NCBI GenBank assembly: GCA_964016885.1
Contig: CAXHJY010001669.1
Coordinates: 186,001-250,000, forward strand
From: Eledone cirrhosa
Lineage: Eukaryota
Direction of reading: 5' to 3'
DNA length: 64,000 nucleotides
Below the pieces are notes generated by a model. The model was given only the letters and a program-made list of their open reading frames with translations. It ran no database searches and had not been told where the DNA came from. Positions 54,641 through 64,000 of this stretch are shown piece after piece. The translations under genes and the position numbers were made by a program. Each line of letters starts with the position of its first letter. Within the stretch, counting starts at the first letter, position 1.

Positions 54641-55122
54641 GAATACATTTTTCTATTATTTTCTTTATTATTTTCTGTATTTAGATATTCTAAATAAATT
54701 TTAAAAATTATGATATTCAATATTTAAATACCGTTTAACATCTTTTATTCCAAGGAAAATGGGCATTACGATAGATGCCAATAGGTACCTTATAAATAGA
54801 TTTGCACACAGTACAGACTGGGGTGAAGACCAAGAGGCCAGTAGTATATATATAGAGAGAAAGAATGAAGAGTAACATGGTTGGCTGTACAACAAGGGGC
54901 TTTATTTCAGGTATTGACAATTGTTTCATTGATCAGGTGAGTCTTCATTATTTCACTATTATTACTCCAAGTATAACCTGCATAGGAATTACCGCGAACT
55001 CGCTGCCTAACTATGGAAACATCTTGTTGAGTCAAACAAAGCCGTACGTTAAAACTATCCACGACGCAGAATACTCACAACCTCTAACTGGATTACCTAT
55101 AACGATAACTTGTTATCCCATA

Positions 55123-55217
<95 letters not shown>

Positions 55218-55362
55218 TTATATATATATATAACGAAGGAAGTGTGGTAAGGAACCTGATGGACCATAACGCACCAGAGTACTCAATACTTAGCGTAGTA
55301 CAGTGGGTAATAGGAAAATGTTTAACCCCGACGGCAGAGCTCAAGCCGTTTAGTTTAGACGG

Positions 55363-55393
<31 letters not shown>

Positions 55394-55396
<3 letters not shown>

Positions 55397-57087
55397 GAGG
55401 GTCATATTTGTGTAATATTGCCGGAAATAATAACCGAACACACTCACTGTTTGATTGGTTTTCGCTTCTGTGTCTTTTATATCGGTTAATTTAATTTATT
55501 CGGTCCTCAATGTTGCCATTGACTGACCAACGGTCAAAAATACAGATACAATATAGACACAAACACATATATATAGTCTATCATATATAGTTCTTTCGTT
55601 GCACATCTGCAACATCGTCAGTGTTGCTATTATGTTTTCTCCCGTTGCATTGTATGCTTACGCCATCTTTATTTAGTCTTTTTATTTATTTATTTATTTA
55701 TTTATACTTCTCTTAGGTCAGTGTTGTTTGTTTGGGTGTTGTTGTTATTCCATTCATTTTTTCTGTTTAGCCTTGGCCTTCTAAGTTCTATTTCGCTGCC
55801 CTCTCTGATTTGCCTATCTGCTGGGTCATTTATATGTTTAGATATTATTCTAACTTCTATGTTGTCTATGTTACCGTTGTGTTGTTGTCTGGCATGTTCG
55901 TATAGTACTGAACCGTTTTTTCGTCCTTTTAGTTCCCCCTAGTGTTGGTCTATCCTTTCACCTATGCTACGAGCTGTCTCGCCTATGTATGTTGTTGTCA
56001 TGTTTCTGCAAGTACCCTCTGTACATCTTATGCTATAGACTACGTTTCTAGTTTTACAGTTTATCCGGGGGTTTACTCTACATATGATACATTTCCTATT
56101 AGTACAGTGGGTTTTCTTAAAAGGGTAGGTTTTGCTGATCAGGGATTTTATGGTGGTTCCTGGCTTTTCTACCACCTTAATCTTTAAGTGGGTCTTTCTC
56201 AAGGCCTTTCTACACTGGCTAGCTAATTTCCCTCCAGGGGTAGCGTCCATAAACATGATACTCTGGTATCTCTGGTTGTCGTACCATGAGGTGGCGTTCC
56301 CTATCTTATGTCTAGTCCTATCTAAGCTATTCCATGATTTGCTCCTGTATAATGGGCAAATTCCTTTCATGTCCAGTTCTATGAGGGTCTTATACTTCTC
56401 CGTGGCTCCTTCGTATACTCTGATTCTGTCTCTTTGGTTGTAGCCAGAGAACTGCATGCGGTTGATGAAGTGTTGGATGTGTCTTTCCATTTCTGTTGGG
56501 CCGCACATGCGGGACACGTTCTTCATCACTCGTACCAAGTCTGCGATCAGAATATTAAACTTAGCACTACTGGACATTGCTGAGTTTTTGAGTATCAAAT
56601 ATTTGGAGGCCATGGGTTTAGCATAGTGTGAGTGAAGAATTTGGGCTCTCTCGTCTATAGCGTTAATCCAGACTTTTGTGTCTAATACAGGTAGTCTATT
56701 GTTAGGGTGTTTGGAAGGGTAGTCGATAGTTACAGTTATACTCTGGTGTATGGAGTTAGCTATCTGCTGGATGCTTTCCATTGTGCTACGTTCTAAATCA
56801 AACTTGTTAGTGCTCTCTTGTGGGGATGTCCTTATTACTATATTGATGTCGTCTACGTAATGAGAGTACATGATAAGGTCTATGGAGCTCTCATCAAGGA
56901 GATCTTTGAGTCTCATTTCCCACCATACCATAAAAAGGTTGGCAACGTCACCAGCTATGCTGACGCCAATGGCTGCTCTCTCAGTTTGGGTGTAGATCTT
57001 CTCGTTGAACTTGAATATGTGGCCGTTTAGGGTAGTTTTGATACTAGCCCCTATTGCATGTGCGACCATTTTTCTTACCTGATCATT
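55394..57087 (-). mobile_element. Inverted copy of the 3' part of PLE family B
   Basis: Reverse complement of about 61270-63150 with scattered substitutions and a 3' UTR deletion; abuts (TA)n. Confidence 0.93.
55585..55625 (-). ncRNA. Hammerhead motif, PLE family B
   Basis: CTGACGA-TGTTGCA(GATG)TGCAAC-GAAA-GAACT. Confidence 0.65.
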
Positions 57088-57970
57088 TATTATTGAACAA
57101 AACACAAGCTGAACGACTAAAACACACAATAACAGTTAATATGAAAAGAACAACATACACAAAAGTTAACGAACTTTACTGACAGAAACGCATTAACGGT
57201 AAGGAAGTCCGAAATCGCACCACACCAAACGAGAGGGATGACTTCATTCGACGTGAAACGAAATACGCCCGAAACGAATGCAATAGGCATTTCAATAAAA
57301 AATTAGAATGGATGAATAAGAAAAAACTAGAAGAGAGAAGAATAGAATATTCACAAAAATACCCAGATGACATCAACAATATCCGTATGACTGATGTAGA
57401 ACTACCTCACACAGTAAATATTTATGGGAACACTTTAATTAGTGAACAAGAACAACAAATCCTGCAGCTACCACCAAAATTTGCCATCTACAAAAAGATT
57501 AACCCTATTGAGTGCAAAACGGAGCTGGAAAAGTGTTTCACAAAAATACGTTGGAATGCAAAAGTAAACAACAACAACAACTATACGGACAACAACAACA
57601 ATAATAACGGTAGTAGTAAACAATAACTCTGAGTATAGAAATAACAGCTATAATAGTAATAGTCATAACAATAACAATAGCAGGAGAGTGAGAAATAGTA
57701 ATAATGGTAATAATATTAACGATAGACAGAACAACAACAACAACAACCACAATAATAATAATAATAGAAACATTAACTACAGACACAGCAGCAGCGACCA
57801 CAGTAGTAATAACGGTAACAATACGAATAACAACAACAACCACAGTGGTAATAATAGAAATAATATATGTAGCAACATTAATGATAGACACAAGAAACAT
57901 AATAAAAGTAACAACCACAATGGTAGAAATAACAGTAACAACAACAATAACGGTGAAGTAAACAACAATA

Positions 57971-60069
57971 TATAGCGAAGATACTGGGTTGTATGAATGC
58001 AACAAAACGAGACATGGTTTGTGTATATAATATTTAATTAACGGTAGATGGAATACTTGACATGTCAAAGATAGATGTTAGAATGAAACAAAGTTAGTAG
58101 TTACCGTTTTGATTGCCAGGCAAACGCGGCTGGCAGAGGGCGCCTGGCTAAGGCCAGGCGCCTGTTGGCCAAATTAATGGCAGAGCCAAATGAGAAGACT
58201 CTTGACCTGGTGCCGAAAAGGCAAAGAGAGAGAGGAAGCTTAAAGTTGTTAGTTTTATAGGGCTCTGACCGGAAGTCGCAGAAAGGGTTCCACCTCCCGT
58301 CTAGATCCCAATCAAAACAAGGGAGACAACCGCTACATAACCTCCCGCCAGAATTTTAGTGTATAAAAATCGAAATGAAAATATGTAGCAAGTTGGCGAG
58401 AATGTTGTAACAGGCATGAAAATTACGACAAAAGAATGTTTGGAAAAATCAATGATAGATATCAAGGTAGCCAACCGCTCTTGGCCAGAGAACGACTGGA
58501 CATCCATCCATCCATCACCCAAAGATACAATGTAATAAAGTAAAAGTAATAGAAGAGCTCAAAGTTCAAAATATAGTTCACAGGTGTGCAATCACATGAC
58601 AGCAGGAAAGAAAGTGTGTTCCAGAGAATGAATGCAGGTGGTTTCTGTTCTGTGGTATATCGTGAAATTTCCAACCTCCGAATGGATTTTCTCACAGGAA
58701 GAGTGCTGCAAAAATGAATTCTCTGGCTTTGGTGAAGCTGTATTGATGTATTGCTGTTGCTGTTATATTGCTGTTGCTGCTGCTGTTGTCTCGCTGAGTG
58801 AGCGTATTCGGTGTTTAAATTCACAGTAAAAAATTTTTTTTTTAGAAAAAAATGAGTTGCGCAAAGTGCTAGAAATAGCAGCCGAAGTTGATGGTCGATG
58901 TTGAGAATGCGTTGACCTGGAAGGGTCAAGAGGCCAGCGACCAGAGAAATAAGCATTCTTAATAAATGCGCGGTTATCAACTGTAAATTTACATTGTAAA
59001 TTTATAAACCGGCAAATAGAAGAATATAGCTTAAGGCTGAAGAATCCCTGGTGATAAATGGCGTGCGGCTGTCTGTGAGTAGAGACATCTCTGCGAATCG
59101 AGAATTTGTGCTGCCTACACGTGCCAATACAAGTTTGAAAAAAATAATATTTCTAACGCGCGAGAAAATGATAGTGCAATTTTGAAAGTGACAATGATGA
59201 AAAAGAAAGGCTTCACTCAGCATAATTATTGGTGTGAACTTTTGGAAAAAAAAAAAAACTTGAACGATGAAGAAAACGATGAACAAAAAGGCAATGGTTT
59301 ATCGAAAATAAATGTTCCTGTTGAAATGTTTTTTAAAGAATATCAGATTTCTTTTTTTTTTTTTTTGAAAGAGTTCGTTGTAAGAAACGAGAAACATATA
59401 TATATATATCGTGAAATGTTTTTTTTTTTTTTTTTTGAAAGTGTTCGTTGTAAGAAACGAGAAACATATATATATATTGGTGAAATGCGACAGTTAATTG
59501 ATGCGTGAGAGAAAAAGTCTGTCTGTGCGAATTCCACATGTGCGTGTGTGCGTGTCCTTGAGTATTTTCATAGTTTGTCGCTAAATTTGCTGTGTATTCG
59601 TAATGTTACTCACAAAACCAGATGTGCTATTTTTTTCTTTTTGGGGGGTGACCACTTATAGCGATGAACGGCTGCGTGTTCGTATCACGTTAAGGTTACC
59701 AATATAGCGAGGATACTGGGTTGTATGAATGCAACAAAACGAGACATGGTTTGTGTATATAATATTTAATTAACGGTAGATGGAATACTTGACATGTCAA
59801 AGATAGATGTTAGAATGAAACAAAGTTAGTAGTTACCGTTTTGATTGCCAGGCAAACGCGGCTGGCAGAGGGCGCCTGGCTAAGGCCAGGCGCCTGTTGG
59901 CCAAATTAATGGCAGAGCCAAATGAGAAGACTCTTGACCTGGTGCCGAAAAGGCAAAGAGAGAGAGGAAGCTTAAAGTTGTTAGTTTTATAGGGCTCTGA
60001 CCGGAAGTCGCAGAAAGGGTTCCACCTCCCGTCTAGATCCCAATCAAAACAAGGGAGACAACCGCTACA
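57971..60069 (-). mobile_element. Young non-autonomous LTR retrotransposon
   Basis: 367-bp LTRs at 57971-58337 and 59703-60069 (one mismatch seen); TSD AATA; minus-strand PBS-like TGGTAACC and PPT GGCGGGAGG. Confidence 0.9.
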
Positions 60070-60177
60070 AATACATCAAGCAATCATAACAATAATAATA
60101 ATGCTAATGATAGGAACAACAACAACCACCATAATAACAATAATAGCAACACACACAACTATGACGATAAATATAAT

Positions 60178-60277
60178 TGTTTCTACTTTTGGCACAAGGC
60201 CAGCAATTATTTCAGTGCATTACTGGTACTTTATTTTATCGACCCCGTAAGGATGAAAGGCAAAGTTAACCTCGGCG
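60178..60277 (-). mobile_element. 5'-truncated SINE
   Basis: Core shared with 38895-39120; 12-bp TSD GATAAATATAAT. Confidence 0.8.
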
Positions 60278-62652
60278 GATAAATATAATGACAACCCCTT
60301 AGAGTAACTATTCTTCAACCCAGCTGACAAAACATATAAGATGGGTAATGTCTATCCTACGAGGTTACCCTTTAATAAAAGAGTTTGCATACCACAACAA
60401 ATAGATGACGAGACAGAGGCACAGTTCACCATAGCTAGAAATAAGATTAGACAAATAGTAGACCGGTATACTAAGAGACAGAGCAGACCAGAGGCCCAAC
60501 AACTTGGGAGGAAACCCGTAGAAGGCTTGGTTAGCCTCAAGCAGCGCACAAGGGATGGTGAGGTAGTATGTCTACTCACGGATAAGTCTGGTAAGATGTC
60601 AATAGACAGCATGCCGAACTACATCAAGGCTATGCAACTCCACATCACCAACACGAGCGAAATTGCACAGCAAATACATGATGGGAGAGAGAACTGCCAA
60701 CAACTTCCAGGCGTCCAATAATGGCATACCACCCTTGTATGGGCTCCGCAAAGACCACAAGACACTCGACGACCCGACAACAGGACCACCGACAAGACCT
60801 GTATGCGGAGCAAATATAGCTAGCAACTACAGGATCTCCTACTTCTTCTCAATGGTTATACGCCCCATATACAAGATGTACCCAGATGTATGTGACAGTA
60901 CAGAGGATCGCCTCAGCAGAATCAGTGAGTGCAACAAAAACAGGAACCTATCCAACAGCATAATAGGCAGTATGGATGTGGTATCACTGTATCCATCCAT
61001 TAACATTGATTTTGCTGTGGAAAAATGTGTGGAGATGATCATTGAGAGTGAGGTGGAGTTCTGCGACGTCGACACAGACGAACTGGGCCTCCTACTTAGA
61101 CATACCTACGACACTGACTACCTAGACAGCCATGACTCTAGATGTTTCTGCCCCAGTAGACCCATAAGAGGTAGACCCCCCACCATAACCCCAATGGCAA
61201 AAAAGACTCCCATGGGAAGGTGGATTGGGTGGACCAAAGCTATACGGACCCCCCCCCCCCTAAAAAAATAATGATCAGGTAAGAAAAATGGTCGCACATG
61301 CAATAGGGGCTAGTATCAAAACTACCCTAAAGGGCCACATGTTCAAGTTCAACGAGAAGATCTACACCCAAAATGAGGGAGCAGCCATTGGCGTCAGCAT
61401 AGCTGGTGACGTTGCCAACCTTTTTATGGTATGGTGGGAAAGGAGACTCCAAGATCTCCTTGATGAGAGCTCCATAGACCTCATCATGTACTCTCGTTAC
61501 GTAGACGACATCAATATAGTAATAAGGACATCCCCACAAGTGAGCACTAACAAGTTTGATTTAGAACGTAGCACAATGGAAAGCATCCAGCAGAAAGCTA
61601 ATTCCATACACCAGAGTATAACTGTAACTATCGACTACCCTTCCAAACACCCTAACAATAGACTACCTGTATTAGACACGGAACTCTGGATTAACGCTAT
61701 AGACGAGAGAGCCCAAATTCTTCACTCACACTATGCTAAACCCATGGCCTCCAAATACTTGATACTCAAAAACTCAGCAATGTCCAGTAGTGCTAAGTTT
61801 AATATTCTGATCGCAGACTTGGTACGAGTGATGAAGAATGTGTCCCGCATGTGCGACCCAACAGAAATGGAAAGACACATCCAACACTTCATCAACCGCA
61901 TGCAGTTCTCTGGCTACAACCAAAGAGACAGAATCAGAGTATACGAAGGAGCCACGGAGAAGTATAAGACCCTCATAGAACTGGACATGAAAGGAATTTG
62001 CCCATTATACAGGAGCAAATCATGGAATAGCTTAGATAGGACTAGACATAAGATAGGGAACGCCACCTCATGGTACGACAACCAGAGATACCAGAGTATC
62101 ATGTTTATGGACGCTACCCCTGGAGGGAAATTAGCTAACCAGTGTAGAAAGGCCCTGAGAAAGACCCACTTAAAGATTAAGGTGGTAGAAAAGCCAGGAA
62201 CCACCATAAAATCCCTGATCAGCAAAACCTACCCTTTTAAGAAAACCCACTGTACTAATAGGAAATGTATCATATGTAGAGTAAACCCCCGGATAAACTG
62301 TAAAACTAGAAACGTAGTCTATAACATAAGATGTACAGAGGGTACTTGCAGAAACATGACAACAACATACATAGGCGAGACAGCTCGTAGCATAGGTGAA
62401 AGGATAGACCAACACTAGGGGGAACTAAAAGGACGAAAAAACGGTTCAGTACTATACGAACATGCCAGACAACAACACAACGGTAACATAGACAACATAG
62501 AAGTTAGAATAATATCTAAACATATAAATGACCCAGCAGATAGGCAAATCAGAGAGGCCAGCGAAATAGAACTTAGAAGGCCAAGGCTAAACAGAAAAAA
62601 TGAATGGAATAACAACAACACCCAAACAAACAACACTGACCTAAGAGAAGTA

Positions 62653-62683
<31 letters not shown>

Positions 62684-62923
62684 ATACATACACAAGCACA
62701 ATAACAACAAACACATATAAACACACACTAGTAAACTAAGATAGAATACATTAACCAATACTCAGTCACCCAAACAAGAACACACACCAAACAAAACACT
62801 ATACACACACGCAAACGCATGCGCAGAGAAGACAAAAAAATAAACAAATAAATAAATAAATAAATAAACAGACTAAATAAAGATGGCGTAAGCATACAAT
62901 GCAACGGGAGGAAACATAATAGC

Positions 62924-62965
62924 AACACTGACGATATTGCAGATGTGCAACGAAAGAACTTTGAT
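62924..62965 (+). ncRNA. Hammerhead motif, PLE family B
   Basis: CA-CTGACGA-TATTGCA(GATG)TGCAAC-GAAA-G-AA-CTT-TG. Confidence 0.68.
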
Positions 62966-63201
62966 AGACTATATATATGTTTGTGTCTATATTGTATCTG
63001 TATTTTTGACCGTTGGTCCAGTCAATGGCAACATTGAGGATCGAATAAATTAAATGAACCGATATAAAAGACACAGAAGCGAAAACCAACCAAACAGTGA
63101 GTGTGTTCTGTTATTAATTCTGGCAATATTACACAAATATGACCCTCCCCAAGTATAACAATATTTGTTTCGACACACGATTTCATATAAAAACCTCGCA
63201 A

Positions 63202-63238
<37 letters not shown>

Positions 63239-63345
63239 TATATTATATATTATATATGTGTATGTGAGTGAGTGAGTGAGTGAGTGAGTGAGTGAGTGTG
63301 CGTGCGTGCGTGTGTGTGTGTGTGTGAGTGAGTGAGTGTGCGTGC

Positions 63346-63432
<87 letters not shown>

Positions 63433-63561
63433 CGTGCGTGCGTGTGTGTGTGTGTGTACCTGTGCGCGCATGTATAATATATACACACAGACACACGTCC
63501 ATGTGTTCAGACTTCAGCTCAACACAGCAAAAAAAACAAAAAAAAACAAAAAAAAAAACAA

Positions 63562-63620
63562 GGGTGGTGCCCCAGCATGGCCTCAGCCGGATGGCTGAAA
63601 CAGGTAAAAGAGTAAAACAG
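63562..63620 (+). mobile_element. SINE 3' tail fragment
   Basis: GGTGGTGCCCCAGCATGGCC...GCTGAAACAGGTAAAAGAGTAAAA. Confidence 0.45.
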
Positions 63621-64000
63621 AATACACAGAACACATTACAACACAATAGAACACAACACAACACAACATGCATGACATACTGACATAAAATGAAGCAGGT
63701 GTTTCTCAGTAGACGACTTGAACCGAAGCAATATATAGTTTCTCGTTACAGCCGATGTTTGCGCATGCGTACAAATTCTATTGCCAGGTCAGCACAGTTC
63801 ACTCATCGCTTTGGTATGTGAACGTTCGTTTGTAGGTTAACGTTTCACTACTGGTGTGAAGCCCCCTCCCATTTGTATTTTAATGCTCGTGGTTATTGTT
63901 ATTGTTGCTTCATGTTATCTGTTCTATGGGAATGCTGTGTTAAGATATATGTGAATGTAATGTATATATATATATTATTTTATAACTGAATAACATTCAT

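Larger units (their letters stand above)
57088..63205 (+). mobile_element. Near full-length PLE family B with Asn-rich insert and nested LTR element and SINE
   Basis: N-terminal LQLPPKF..KIRW; Asn tract; TDKSG, GSMDVVSLYPSI, GAAIG, YSRYVDD, Cys linker, YIGETARSIGER; HHR; ends in (TA)n. Confidence 0.93.

Noticed and set aside
58462-58980. 172-aa ORF inside the LTR element
   Set aside because: No recognisable domain and low-complexity content.

Overview
AT-rich, microsatellite-dense eukaryotic (animal) DNA with no intact host gene. The tRNA-derived SINEs resemble, from recall, those of octopods, so the host is an inference. The window is almost all nested transposable elements. Retroelements: several Penelope-like element (PLE) families (RT + GIY-YIG) with fold-back/inverted termini at (TA)n, a near full-length Tx1/L1-clade LINE inside a 71-bp satellite, a very young 2.1-kb non-coding LTR element inside a PLE, and RTE, CRE and CR1 LINE remnants plus SINEs. 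DNA transposons: two Chapaev3-like copies, a hAT/Buster element with an 8-bp TSD, a pogo/Tigger element, a Tc1/mariner remnant and Helitrons. The strongest non-obvious signal is about 16 type-I hammerhead ribozyme (HHR) motifs on both strands from several sequence families. These include a three-copy family not linked to any visible ORF, one copy of which is a 57-nt cassette embedded in pure (TA)n. All calls are by eye; no alignment, folding or database search was run.
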